Assembly (NCBI GenBank): GCA_050293845.1
Contig: JBNKNM010000014.1
Coordinates: 1 to 62,170, forward strand
Source: Pseudobacteriovorax sp.
GTDB lineage: Bacteria > Bdellovibrionota_B > Oligoflexia > Oligoflexales > Oligoflexaceae
DNA: 62,170 nt
Reading direction: 5' to 3'
A program made the translations under genes and the position numbers. The stretch's first letter is position 1. Every line of letters begins with the position of its first letter. The notes below the pieces were generated by a model, which was not told the origin of the DNA, ran no database searches, and saw nothing but the letters and a program-made list of their open reading frames with translations. This document shows, in pieces, positions 51,494-62,100 of this stretch.

Positions 51494-52540
51494 ATGTCAG
51501 AATTAAAAAATCAGCTCAGCTTTTCCCAAGGTCATACATTGAGTCAGGCCTTGCTGCGCAGGGTGGGGGAGTCTATTTTTGGCCAAGAAAAACTCATATC
51601 GGAAGCGATATGTTGCCTGCTTTCCGGGGGTCATATATTGATGACAGGTGCGCCAGGGCTTGCTAAGACCACCTTGGTTCGGGTATTTGCCCAATTTCTA
51701 AACCTGCAATATGGCCGCATTCAATTTACACCAGATTTATTACCGACTGACATACTTGGCTCTGATATTTTAAATATCGATCCTGAATCAAGTCGTCGCA
51801 GCTTTGAGTTCTCACCAGGTCCGGTATTTGCCAATTTATTGCTAGCGGATGAAATCAACCGTGCTTCACCCCGCACCCAGTCAGCATTACTGGAAGCTAT
51901 GCAGGAACGAGCCTGCACGGTTGGTGGTAAAAATTACCCACTACCTCGGCCGTTCATGGTGTTCGCGACCCAGAATCCTTTTGAATCTGAAGGTGCCTTT
52001 CCATTACCGGAAGCACAATTGGATCGTTTTTTAATTCACACTTTAGTTGAATATCCCAACAAAGAGGCGGAAAGGAAAATTCTTGATGCCCATACAAAAA
52101 GTACTTTAATAGGCGAAGTCTTTTATAAAGATACCGAGGAAGAAAAAGATCTGTCTTTAGATCAAATTCGTTCCTTGATAGATTGCTGTCGTCGGGTGAC
52201 GATACCTTCTGAGATTGTGGATATGATCAATCAACTGGTCCGTTCTACGAGGCCGAGCGATGAGGAGTGTCCGAAGGAGTATCAGCAAATGATCTGGTAT
52301 GGAGCGGGACCCCGGGCAGGAATCAGCCTCATTTCAGTATCGCGGGCCTTTGCCCTGCTATCAGGGGATGAATCCGTTCGCTGGGCTCATGTGGACAGGA
52401 TGATCAAACCTGTGCTCAGACATCGTATCAGGCTAACTGCACAAGCTCATCGCGATCAAGTAAGCGAGGACGATCTGGTGGACTCTCTCACACAGAGGCT
52501 TATGCAAAAGCATAATTTGGCTGCGGAAGGTTATGTGTAA
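51494..52540 (+). CDS. MoxR family AAA+ ATPase
   Basis: GAPGLAKT, RIQFTPDLLP, LADEINRA, ATQNP and LPEAQLDRF motifs. Confidence 0.95.
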   Translation: MSELKNQLSFSQGHTLSQALLRRVGESIFGQEKLISEAICCLLSGGHILMTGAPGLAKTTLVRVFAQFLNLQYGRIQFTPDLLPTDILGSDILNIDPESSRRSFEFSPGPVFANLLLADEINRASPRTQSALLEAMQERACTVGGKNYPLPRPFMVFATQNPFESEGAFPLPEAQLDRFLIHTLVEYPNKEAERKILDAHTKSTLIGEVFYKDTEEEKDLSLDQIRSLIDCCRRVTIPSEIVDMINQLVRSTRPSDEECPKEYQQMIWYGAGPRAGISLISVSRAFALLSGDESVRWAHVDRMIKPVLRHRIRLTAQAHRDQVSEDDLVDSLTQRLMQKHNLAAEGYV

Positions 52541-53439
52541 TGGATGACCAGACCCCTTTATCTGAGCTTACACCGAGGCTTATGGCTAATATTGGTGTGT
52601 CCCGTAGTATCATGAGTCAAAGCTTTCAGGGTAGCTTCCAGCTCATCTTACGTAAAATTTCCCGGCTCCCTAGTTTTAGTCGTCCCTATACCAAGGGAGA
52701 TCCCATACAGCTTATCGACTGGAAGGCTTTTGCGCGTAACGATCAACTGATTGTACGAGAAGATAGAGACGAAGCGTCCAGCCGAGTCATGATATGTTTA
52801 GATACCAGTGATACTGTGTTCTGGCCTAAAAAAGAAGACTTTCAAGAGGCTATCGTACAAAAATGGGAAGTGATTTGTCGGATCGGGCTGCATCTGGCGT
52901 ACCTACATCTTAAGCAGGGAGATGTCGTTCATTTCTTTTTTATAGATCAGAATGGCAAAGAACCTCAGACTCATATCAGGTGGGAAAGTTCTCAGGAAAT
53001 CGCAACCATGTTTTCGAGTTTAGAGTCATCACGATTTGACTTGGATACTCTGCGATCCCGTAGCCAACCCTACTTGGGGCTTAAAAGAAAGTATCACTTA
53101 GGCTACCTAATAAGTGATTTTCTAAATCATCGCCATGAAAAATGGTTACGCGAGTATGCGCGAGGAGGCCGAATCTTTCATGTCCTAAGCTCCCGAGAAA
53201 CGGATTTGAAATGGCTGGAATCCGGGTATTGTTATTTTGACGAGACTGAAGACAAAAAAGAGTTTCTAGGTGCAAAGCTTAAAGGCTCAAATATCTATTA
53301 TGATACCCTTGACAAGTGGAGTCAGAAAATCCAGAAAAGGGCTAAACAAATTGACTTTGATTATATGCAAGTGACTGAAAATACAGCCCTTAACCACTAT
53401 TTGCAATCTCTTTTACGACCGATAAGTGAAAGGGGCTAA
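52540..53439 (+). CDS. DUF58 domain protein
   Basis: RPYTKGDPIQLIDWKAFAR, LDTS and ISDF motifs; follows moxR. Confidence 0.85.
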   Translation: MDDQTPLSELTPRLMANIGVSRSIMSQSFQGSFQLILRKISRLPSFSRPYTKGDPIQLIDWKAFARNDQLIVREDRDEASSRVMICLDTSDTVFWPKKEDFQEAIVQKWEVICRIGLHLAYLHLKQGDVVHFFFIDQNGKEPQTHIRWESSQEIATMFSSLESSRFDLDTLRSRSQPYLGLKRKYHLGYLISDFLNHRHEKWLREYARGGRIFHVLSSRETDLKWLESGYCYFDETEDKKEFLGAKLKGSNIYYDTLDKWSQKIQKRAKQIDFDYMQVTENTALNHYLQSLLRPISERG

Positions 53440-53440
53440 C

Positions 53441-56014
53441 TTGTCATTTACAAGACTTTCCATTGACCTGACTATCGTTTCCCTTGCCATATTTGGCGCA
53501 ATTTTATTGAGTGCTCTCATATGGATCTTGATTAGGAAGCGTCGCCAACGTGTTTGGTTGCCAACGTTAAGGCTCATTCGTTTTGAATCCAGTCCACTTC
53601 CTAAACTGCGTATTGTCCGCCCTCCATTGGTTTATTTTCTTTGTTTTCTTTGTTGCGCGCTAGCTATGTTGTTTTTGTCGGTAAAACCAAGTGAAACCAA
53701 GTATCAAGAAACTTCCAAAAAAGATCAACGGACCCATATTTTTATAGACTTAAGTCCCTCGACTCAAGTGTATAAAAAGTCACAGTGGAAGGATCTCATT
53801 ACGGAAATTTATAACCACTACAGCAGTTATGGTGCGGTGTCCTTCAGTTCCAGTAGATCTCTTGAAGTTACAACGCTATCCTCTCTACAAGATGTTTTAA
53901 ATTATGTAGAACAACTAACCATTCATCGCTACGGTACCAAGCTGGGGAAAGTGTTGCATCGCCAGCTTGAAAAGGAAGGTGCCATCGATCGGCTCGTGGT
54001 GGTAACCGATAATGATAAGAACACCTGGTCAGATTTTAATTGGCAGTTGCTTGCTAATAAAGTAGAGGTGCTGCATGCCTATCCCGGCAGTCCTGTTGAA
54101 AAGGATAATGTTTTCATAGATAAGATTGAGAAAACCGGCAGTCCAGGGGATACCAATCTCAGCTGGCGGCTGGCTCTGAGCAGAAATTTTGATAACCGCA
54201 AATCTTCGGGATCTGTATTATTGCAGGTAGGTTCTGAAACCATACGCACATTGTCTTGGGAAATGCCAGAAGGTGAAATGCTTATCAACATAGAGGTAAC
54301 GCTTCCGCGAAAAATTTTAGAGCAAAAAGGAATGGTTTTCGATGAAGATCCCCTCGTTTGGAGGTTGGTCGCTTTGGGTGCTGATGTGCTTCAGGAGGAT
54401 AATCTTTTTAGAACCTATGTGCGTGCTAATCGGCAAGATGTTTTACTGGTTGCTAATCCTCAGGGGGAAATGTTTTTAGATGATCCAGCCCATCACCTCA
54501 AAACAGCCTTAGAGGTGCTTGGATTTCGTGTGCATCGTCGTGACCGTATCCAGGACGAAAATTCCTATTTAAATATGCCTCTATGGATTTTGTGGGGAGG
54601 GCAGGAGCAAATATCAGAGTATTGTCCTACTATTTATGGTAAAAAAAGACTGCAAAATACGCCTGGGAATGAAAATATGCTGGGTAAATCTAAGTTACCT
54701 GTAGTTTGGTTGATCCCTTCTAGTTTTACAGCTTCCTATGAAAACCTCTGCCATTGCTATAGCCGCCTTATTGAAGATAGTAGTGTGGCGGAGAAAAGGC
54801 CTGAATATTGCCGCGATTTAGAGACTCGTGACCAATATATTTCCGTACTGCGTTCTGTCGGTGCGCAGCAGGTCGGCGGCAGTATTGATAATATCACGGA
54901 ATCATGGGCTTGGCATCGCAAGCGTCCCGATCGCAATTCTGAAGTCTTAGCGTTCACCATCCCCTTTAGACCGTCGAAAAGGGTAGGAATTAGTCATGAT
55001 ATGATTCCAAGCCTGATGAAAACTTTCCTACAGCTCTCGCAACTGGTGGCGGCAAAGGGAGAAGCAAAAGTCGGCGGTTGGCCACGGGTCAATGATGGTA
55101 CGCCTGAAAGTGCGCCAACCGATAGTAATGTTCCTCGTGGTGAAAGTCTTATGCTAGAAATCTCGGAAAGCTCTTTGCCAGTTTCATGGCATAAAAGTAG
55201 TTTTCTTGAAAATCAGTACAAATCTGGAACTAAGGAAGAAAGCGATCCTCGTACGTGGATTCAACTGTGCTTTTGGCTGGTAGTTGCTTTTTTAGTTTTG
55301 GAAGCTTGTTGGATTTTTGGCAAACGTCTTATTCATGTTGGTAGGGGAAGGCGTGAATGGCTGTTGCTATTGTTGCTGTTGGGTTGGGGAGCGCCTTCTC
55401 GCAGTGATGCTGCTGTTAGCTTAAATCTTGTGGGGTTTGACTATCGGCAAAGCTGGGGTTCTACTTTGGCCCGTGATGTGGCGGGACGTACTAGTATTGA
55501 GATGGATGAAAATTTACAGATAAGTTCGGAGATCGGAAGCGAGAATTTCGCTGCTGCCTGGATGTGGTTGAAGTCGGCAAGTTACCTCTACGATAATACG
55601 AAACTAAGGACGGACGTTTCCAACTGGATTAAGCGGGGTGGATTTTTGATCATTGAAAACCTGGACCCCGTAGAGGATCTAAAGCGCATTCAGTTACCAG
55701 GAGTATCGGGAAAGTGGCAGGCTATTCCGCCAGATCATGAATTGATGCGGAGCTTTCACCTCCTAGACTCGTTACCGAAGTGCAAAGACAATATATGGCT
55801 GGGGTATCACTTTGATGGCAGACTCGCTATAGTGGGTACCCCTTTTTCCCTTTTGGATACCTTGATTAAAGGCTCTCATCGTAATGACTGTGATCATGAT
55901 ATTAATCGTGAGAGAGCTACACGTATATTTGTGAATCTCTTGATGGTTGCTCTAGCAACCGATTACAAAAAAGATCAAATCCATTTGCCTGAAATATTGA
56001 AAAGGTTACGATAG
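53441..56014 (+). CDS. BatA N-terminal / vWA-like / DUF4159 membrane protein
   Basis: BatA-like N-terminus (RRQRVWLPTLRLI); IFIDLSPS; C-terminal GGFLII, PPDHELMRSFHLL and ALATDYKKDQIH. Confidence 0.78.
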   Translation: MSFTRLSIDLTIVSLAIFGAILLSALIWILIRKRRQRVWLPTLRLIRFESSPLPKLRIVRPPLVYFLCFLCCALAMLFLSVKPSETKYQETSKKDQRTHIFIDLSPSTQVYKKSQWKDLITEIYNHYSSYGAVSFSSSRSLEVTTLSSLQDVLNYVEQLTIHRYGTKLGKVLHRQLEKEGAIDRLVVVTDNDKNTWSDFNWQLLANKVEVLHAYPGSPVEKDNVFIDKIEKTGSPGDTNLSWRLALSRNFDNRKSSGSVLLQVGSETIRTLSWEMPEGEMLINIEVTLPRKILEQKGMVFDEDPLVWRLVALGADVLQEDNLFRTYVRANRQDVLLVANPQGEMFLDDPAHHLKTALEVLGFRVHRRDRIQDENSYLNMPLWILWGGQEQISEYCPTIYGKKRLQNTPGNENMLGKSKLPVVWLIPSSFTASYENLCHCYSRLIEDSSVAEKRPEYCRDLETRDQYISVLRSVGAQQVGGSIDNITESWAWHRKRPDRNSEVLAFTIPFRPSKRVGISHDMIPSLMKTFLQLSQLVAAKGEAKVGGWPRVNDGTPESAPTDSNVPRGESLMLEISESSLPVSWHKSSFLENQYKSGTKEESDPRTWIQLCFWLVVAFLVLEACWIFGKRLIHVGRGRREWLLLLLLLGWGAPSRSDAAVSLNLVGFDYRQSWGSTLARDVAGRTSIEMDENLQISSEIGSENFAAAWMWLKSASYLYDNTKLRTDVSNWIKRGGFLIIENLDPVEDLKRIQLPGVSGKWQAIPPDHELMRSFHLLDSLPKCKDNIWLGYHFDGRLAIVGTPFSLLDTLIKGSHRNDCDHDINRERATRIFVNLLMVALATDYKKDQIHLPEILKRLR

Positions 56015-58287
56015 TGTTTGATGTACAAGATCTCCTGGGAATATTTAGCATTTGCCTGATTCTGATCTGGATTTCCTGGATATTACAGTATGGACTACGT
56101 CGGGCATCTTTGGCTGTTCTATTGCGTGCGACCTGGTTAACCCCAGTTATCTTCGTCTTTTTTCCAGAAATTAAAAGTGTGGAAATGCCCAGCATGCTAT
56201 CGGTACAACCCATCCATGTATTATTGGATGATTCCGATAGTATGAAATCATTTGGATGGGATCGAAAGTCTGAAGAGTATGTGACATATCTTCGCCATGA
56301 ATGCCAGCGGTTAGGGTGTAGCCTTGAGGTCACTAAACTCTCCGCATTGTCTCCCGAAGTGGACAAAGGTTATACTCCTTTGGGGAGCATACTTCCTTTT
56401 TGGAACTATGAGCTAGGCTCTGACCCATGGATTCTGTTCTCTGATGGCGGCGTGTCAAGGCCAGCTGAATCCTGGGATATCAATTTACGCGGCATCGGGA
56501 AGTCAAATGATCTCCAAAGAGGCTTTATAGGCTCTTTTTATAACCAGGACGTTGAAAATATTTGGTTGACGACTTCTTCCTCGACGATGTTTTCCTTTGA
56601 AGGCAAGAATACCTACTTGATGGTTTCGGCTCATAGGGTGGGAAATAGCACCACTTTGCCCGTCCAAATTCAAGTATCGCTGGGTGATCAGTATCTGACT
56701 AGTACCAATGTCACTTTTCTGCCGGGAGATACACAAATAGATCTGGAGCTACCCCTAGCCCCCCTAGCTCGTGGCACCCACTTTTTGACTATTGAAGCAT
56801 TACCAATAGGATCTGAGAGGATTTTGTGGGACAACAAGATCAATCGCAATATAGAGGTGCTACCAAATACTATTGGCGTTTTGCATTTACTAGGCTCTCC
56901 TAGTTGGGATGGAAGGTTTGTACGCCGATACCTGAAATCCGAGCCGAAGTACGATCTGATCAGTTTTTTTATTTTACGCGATCCGGTTGATTTACAGCTC
57001 ACCAATGAAAGGGAGCTGAGTCTTATCCCTTTTCCTGTTGATCGGCTTTTCAATCAGGAATTGCCAAATTTCCGATCCCTCATATTACAGAACTTTTCGC
57101 TCTATCAATTTCTTGAACCAGCATATCAGAAAAACCTTCTGGAATTTGTTAAAAATGGTGGTGGATTACTCTTCATAGGTGGACCAAGGGCGCTCAGGAG
57201 TACTGACTTTCGTTCGTCTCCTCTGGCTGCCATTTTGCCATTTTCTATACCCGGAGCGGATAAGCCTGTTAACCCCTTGTCATTATTTAACAGCCTTAAA
57301 GATTTGGAGCCGGATAAGTCGGGGCCCTATTACGACGCTAAAGCGACTTTCAAGGTGGTGGCCGCAAATCCTAGTCAGGAGGCTAGGGAGCTGGCACGGG
57401 TTTACGATGATTGGTTGGAAATCGTCGATCAGCTGTCACAGGTAGAACCCTTGCAGGGTCTTCATCGTACCGATAAGGTCAAGTTTAAAACAGGAGAATA
57501 CACTCCCTTGCTCAATGCTAAATTAGATTCGGGTGCCGAGTTACCCTTAGTGGTCGCTTCTTATCCAGGAAAAGGACGTGCGTTATGGGTGTTCAGCGAT
57601 GCCCTATGGAAGGTCGCTATGGATATGAAAGTTTCTCGAGAAACTTATTACGAGTTTTTAAATGGGGGCATGACTTGGCTGTTGAAGCAAGAATTTCGCA
57701 AACCCCTAGTTCTGCAAAACCTACAATTATCGACCCATCGCGAAGGCGCTGCTTTTTCTTTTGTGGTTAATGGTCCAGCGGCCGCTTACCTTAACGAGCG
57801 ATCCATCTGGGCCCTGGATGTTTGTGGGCAAACTCTTGCCTGGAACAAGCTGGTACTGCAGCGCATCTCAAGCCAATCTTGGCGCATTACGGGAAGTTTG
57901 GATACAAACTTACTGGCAGGGCAAGTATGTCTAGCGACTCTTAGTGGGGTTCATCCTTCCTTTGGTAGCGTGCAAAGTAGTCTTGGTGGGCAAGTGCCGG
58001 AAGTATTCCGAGACGAAGATGCATTATTCTCTCATCAGAAGCTGCAGGACTTAGCTCTACTCACCGGAGCGGTCTTATCTGTTGAAGGGCGTGGATTGAG
58101 TCAGGATTTGAGTAATTGGTTGATTGCTGTAACTGGTAATCAGGGTTTGGTAGCACCGTCAGAAAGAAGGCAACTTACCGATTATTACTGGATTTTTGAG
58201 CGATGGTGGGTTTACTTGTTGCTCTTGGCCATTCCCCTGGAAATTCTTGTGCGACGCTGGCCCTATCTGACAGCTAATCGGGTGTAA
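56014..58287 (+). CDS. Membrane protein with vWA-like and class I glutamine amidotransferase-like domains
   Basis: LLDDSDSM, FSDG, DLISFFILR…ELSLIPFP, GGGLLFIGG, GKGR and terminal EILVRR motifs. Confidence 0.78.
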   Translation: MFDVQDLLGIFSICLILIWISWILQYGLRRASLAVLLRATWLTPVIFVFFPEIKSVEMPSMLSVQPIHVLLDDSDSMKSFGWDRKSEEYVTYLRHECQRLGCSLEVTKLSALSPEVDKGYTPLGSILPFWNYELGSDPWILFSDGGVSRPAESWDINLRGIGKSNDLQRGFIGSFYNQDVENIWLTTSSSTMFSFEGKNTYLMVSAHRVGNSTTLPVQIQVSLGDQYLTSTNVTFLPGDTQIDLELPLAPLARGTHFLTIEALPIGSERILWDNKINRNIEVLPNTIGVLHLLGSPSWDGRFVRRYLKSEPKYDLISFFILRDPVDLQLTNERELSLIPFPVDRLFNQELPNFRSLILQNFSLYQFLEPAYQKNLLEFVKNGGGLLFIGGPRALRSTDFRSSPLAAILPFSIPGADKPVNPLSLFNSLKDLEPDKSGPYYDAKATFKVVAANPSQEARELARVYDDWLEIVDQLSQVEPLQGLHRTDKVKFKTGEYTPLLNAKLDSGAELPLVVASYPGKGRALWVFSDALWKVAMDMKVSRETYYEFLNGGMTWLLKQEFRKPLVLQNLQLSTHREGAAFSFVVNGPAAAYLNERSIWALDVCGQTLAWNKLVLQRISSQSWRITGSLDTNLLAGQVCLATLSGVHPSFGSVQSSLGGQVPEVFRDEDALFSHQKLQDLALLTGAVLSVEGRGLSQDLSNWLIAVTGNQGLVAPSERRQLTDYYWIFERWWVYLLLLAIPLEILVRRWPYLTANRV

Positions 58288-58362
58288 GCCTTTACTTAGA
58301 GCCGAAGGTGTTTTAGAGTGGGAGATTGGGCCTGTTTTTTGAGAAAAGTTAAGGAGGATACG

Positions 58363-59049
58363 TTGCAAGTTGAATCAAAAAGAGTCCGGAAATTCCTCTC
58401 AAAGAAAATACAGCAGTTAAACGATATTGTTGCTGACCTCGATGGATTGGTCACTGAAATTGGGACCGATTATTATCGAGTCAGTATTTTTGGCTCGGCG
58501 CGTATAAAACCTGAAAGTCATGAATATAAAAGAGTTTACACCCTTGCAAAAGAATTAGCCAAGCGTGGGGTTGATATTGTTACAGGAGGGGGTCCGGGGC
58601 TTATGGAAGCGGCCAATGCTGGTGCTAAAGATGGCAGCACACAGGCACGGTCTTTTGGATTGCATATCGAACTTCCCTTTGAAACAGACACCAACTCCCA
58701 TTTGGATGTGAAGTACCAACACCGCCGCTTTTCATCCCGTTTGGATGAATTTATGAGGATGAGTCATGCTGTTGTCGTCACCCCTGGGGGGATTGGGACT
58801 CTGTTAGAATTATTTTACACCTGGCAGCTGATGCAGGTAGAGCATATTTCCCCCCGCCCCATGATACTCATGGGGGATATGTGGAAAGGGCTCATGGAAT
58901 GGCTGGAACAATTTCCTGTCAAGGCAAAACTGATGGATCAATCGGACTTTGATCGTCTTGTATTTGCCGGGTCTTCGGAACAAGTGATTCAACATTTACA
59001 GCCTTCCATTGATGAGTTCTACAAGTCTCATACCCCGCATCAAAAGTGA
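58363..59049 (+). CDS. LOG family nucleotide phosphoribohydrolase
   Basis: VSIFGSAR, TGGGPGLMEAAN and PGGIGTLLE motifs. Likely TTG start after AAGGAGG. Confidence 0.92.
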   Translation: MQVESKRVRKFLSKKIQQLNDIVADLDGLVTEIGTDYYRVSIFGSARIKPESHEYKRVYTLAKELAKRGVDIVTGGGPGLMEAANAGAKDGSTQARSFGLHIELPFETDTNSHLDVKYQHRRFSSRLDEFMRMSHAVVVTPGGIGTLLELFYTWQLMQVEHISPRPMILMGDMWKGLMEWLEQFPVKAKLMDQSDFDRLVFAGSSEQVIQHLQPSIDEFYKSHTPHQK

Positions 59050-59278
59050 CTGTTAGATGGCACTGTCGTGCCTGGAGCGAGAACCATCAGCAGTCTTGCT
59101 GTTTTGACCAAGCTCTGAGAACGTTCGGTTCAAAAGTTCACAGAACACTATAGGCGGATTTGCTGTATATTATTTGAGAAGCTGCGTATTCTTTGCTAAA
59201 AATAATGTCGATTTGAACCAATATGTTCACCGGTAGCACCCCCTACTCCACTATGATTTGAGGTGAAAGAGGTAAAAC

Positions 59279-60715
59279 ATGACTCCAGATAAATTGAAAA
59301 AGATAGTATCAGACCTGAGATCTGACGTGGAATATTGGAATATTCGTTTCGTAGAACGAAAGGATGAAGTGCTTTCTGTTAGGCAAGGTGTAGCCGTTCC
59401 TCCCCAGTATGGGCGTGATTTAGGGGTAATGGTGACGGTTTTTGACAAAGGAGGACAGGGTTACGGAGCTAGTTCAGATCTTTCTAAGGCGGGTTTGCAG
59501 GAAGTATTTGCAACTGCCAAGAAATGGGCCCAGGTCAGTGCACGACAATCTGTGACCTCATTTGATCCCGCAATGCTTACTGTTGCCCAAGGGCGTTATG
59601 AATCTCCTGTGAAGAATCCGTGGTTTGATGTTTCTCTGGGGGAAAAGTTCGAAAAGCTTCAGGGTGCCAGTACTTGCATGAAGTCTGATAGTCGTATTGT
59701 CGACTGTGAGGCTAGCTTTTGGGCCTTTCACTGGCAAAACTATTTTTTATCGTCTATGGGAGCAGAAAACTATCAAGTCTATGAAAGTATTATGCCTAAT
59801 CTGAGTGTCACTGCTTTTGATCGCGGAGAAACTATTGTTAGAACCTTTGGGGGGCTTGGTATTTGCCGACAAGGGGGCTTTGAAGTGCTGGAGCAGGTGG
59901 GATTTGAAGCAGGCGCTGCCAGCATCGTTGAAGAGGCGATACAGCTGCTGACAGCCCCTAATTGCCCTTCTGGGGAGATGGATGTCCTGCTTGAACCTGA
60001 CCAGATGATATTGCAGATTCACGAGTCCATTGGCCATCCTCTGGAACTCGACCGTATTTTAGGTGACGAGAGAAACTATGCCGGGACCAGTTTTGTAACC
60101 CCGGATATGTTTGGTCAATACCAGTATGGGTCGGAGCTTTTAAATATTACCTTTGATCCCACAGTGGCAGGGGAGCTAGCCTCCTATGCCTTCGATGATG
60201 AGGGTACCGCTGCCGAGAAGGTTTACCTTATTAAAGATGGGAAATTGCTTGCCGGGTTAGGGGGAAAGATATCCCAGCACAGATCAGGTTTGCCGGGAGT
60301 CGCTAATGCACGATCTGTCGGTTGGAACCGCCCTCCCATTGATCGCATGGCAAACCTTAATTTAGAGCCTGGAAGTAGTTCGTTGCAAGAGATGATAAGA
60401 AGTATAGAACGTGGAATCCTTATGAAAACCAACTGCTCTTGGTCCATTGACGATTCTCGTAATAAATTTCAGTTCGGTTGCGAGCTCGGTCAGCTTATTG
60501 AAAATGGCGAATTGAAAGGGCTGGTTAAAAAGCCTAACTATAGGGGTATATCAGCGGACTTCTGGCGTAACCTTGCTATGGTAGGTGATGCTGCGACCAT
60601 GAGAGTTTTAGGGACACCCTATTGTGGAAAAGGAGAACCTAATCAAGCAATTATGGTTGGTCATGCTTCTCCAGCCTGCGTGTTTAAAAATGTGCAAGTA
60701 TTTGGGGGGGAATGA
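59279..60715 (+). CDS. tldD: TldD metalloprotease
   Basis: HESIGH zinc motif; DDEG, PIDRMAN and CGKG motifs. Confidence 0.9.
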   Translation: MTPDKLKKIVSDLRSDVEYWNIRFVERKDEVLSVRQGVAVPPQYGRDLGVMVTVFDKGGQGYGASSDLSKAGLQEVFATAKKWAQVSARQSVTSFDPAMLTVAQGRYESPVKNPWFDVSLGEKFEKLQGASTCMKSDSRIVDCEASFWAFHWQNYFLSSMGAENYQVYESIMPNLSVTAFDRGETIVRTFGGLGICRQGGFEVLEQVGFEAGAASIVEEAIQLLTAPNCPSGEMDVLLEPDQMILQIHESIGHPLELDRILGDERNYAGTSFVTPDMFGQYQYGSELLNITFDPTVAGELASYAFDDEGTAAEKVYLIKDGKLLAGLGGKISQHRSGLPGVANARSVGWNRPPIDRMANLNLEPGSSSLQEMIRSIERGILMKTNCSWSIDDSRNKFQFGCELGQLIENGELKGLVKKPNYRGISADFWRNLAMVGDAATMRVLGTPYCGKGEPNQAIMVGHASPACVFKNVQVFGGE

Positions 60716-62037
60716 TGCAGGAATATTTTAAAGCTCTTGTGATGAATATCGAAAACCAACTATGCGATAAGGAACAGTTTACCTGCTCATTCCATGGAGA
60801 AAAAAGCGATTTTAGCCGCTTTAATCAGGGGCGTATAAGGCAGTCTGGAACAGTGGTGCAAAGTGTGCTGCAGATCAACTTGATTCAGGGACAGCGGCAT
60901 TTAAAGGAGGCTGTATCCCTCAGTGGCAATCCGGAACAGGATAAGCGGTTAATTGGCGAGTCCCTCGCCTTTATGCGCAAGCAATTACCTGAGGTTCCAG
61001 AAGATCCCTATCTGCTGATTAATGAGAAGATACAATCATCAACCCATGTAAAACCATCACAACTACCAGATAGCGATATCATTATGAACGATGCGCTGGT
61101 AGCGATAGTTGATATGGACTTTGTTGGTATTTATGCGGGTGGAGATATTTACAGGGGTTTTGCCAATTCCTTAGGGCAGGTCAATTGGTATGAGTCTGCG
61201 ACTTTTAATTTTGATTGGTCCCTATATGCGATGCAGGATAAGGCTGTTAAACAAAGTTATGCAGGATATTCATGGTATCGGCCGGACTTTGAGATGAAAC
61301 TGCAGCAAGGTCGCGAGCAGCTTGAAATCCTGAAGCATCCTGCAAAAACCATTGACCCTGGCGGCTATCGTGTATACTTGAGTCCCGCAGCCTTGGAAGA
61401 GATCATGTCCATTATATCCTGGGGAGGATTTGGACTGAAGGCTCGCTTAACAAAAAGTTCCCCTCTCATTAAATTGCATGATGGAACAGCAACCCTAAGC
61501 CCAGCGCTTCAGATAACCGAGAATGTTGCAGATAGCATCGCCCCCAACTTCGATGAGGCTGGCTTTATTAAACCTGATAGTATCGCTTTGATTGAAGGCG
61601 GAAAGGCACGAGATCATTTGATATCAGCGCGATCAGCCAAAGAATACGACAAAACAACTACTGGGGCCAGTGCCGAAGAAATGCCAGAATCCATTTGGCT
61701 AGAAGCTGGTGACCTGCCACAGGAGAAGGTGCTGGAGAAATTGGGAACAGGCCTTTATATCAACAACCTTTGGTACATGAATTATTCTGATCGCGCAGCT
61801 GGTAGAGTCACAGGCATGACCCGTTTCGCCTCTTTCTGGGTGGAAAATGGTAAAATTGTAGCTCCTCTTAATGTTATGCGGTTTGATGAAAGTATATTCC
61901 GTTTATTAGGATCGCAGCTGGAAGCCCTTACTTCTACACGAGAGCTTATTTTGAGCAGCATGACCTATGACCAACGATCTACCAGTAGCGCTTGCTTACC
62001 AGGTGCTTTGGTTGCTGACATGAATTTTACCTTGTAG
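60712..62037 (+). CDS. TldE/PmbA family partner protein
   Basis: SRFNQGRIRQ, TGMTRF and MRFDES motifs; lacks HExxxH; ATGA overlap with tldD. Confidence 0.88.
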   Translation: MMQEYFKALVMNIENQLCDKEQFTCSFHGEKSDFSRFNQGRIRQSGTVVQSVLQINLIQGQRHLKEAVSLSGNPEQDKRLIGESLAFMRKQLPEVPEDPYLLINEKIQSSTHVKPSQLPDSDIIMNDALVAIVDMDFVGIYAGGDIYRGFANSLGQVNWYESATFNFDWSLYAMQDKAVKQSYAGYSWYRPDFEMKLQQGREQLEILKHPAKTIDPGGYRVYLSPAALEEIMSIISWGGFGLKARLTKSSPLIKLHDGTATLSPALQITENVADSIAPNFDEAGFIKPDSIALIEGGKARDHLISARSAKEYDKTTTGASAEEMPESIWLEAGDLPQEKVLEKLGTGLYINNLWYMNYSDRAAGRVTGMTRFASFWVENGKIVAPLNVMRFDESIFRLLGSQLEALTSTRELILSSMTYDQRSTSSACLPGALVADMNFTL

Positions 62038-62100
62038 CCCGGATGTGAAAAATAAAGGAATTCCCTTGTTAGGCTGCATTTTAACAAAAATCGTCTTCAT

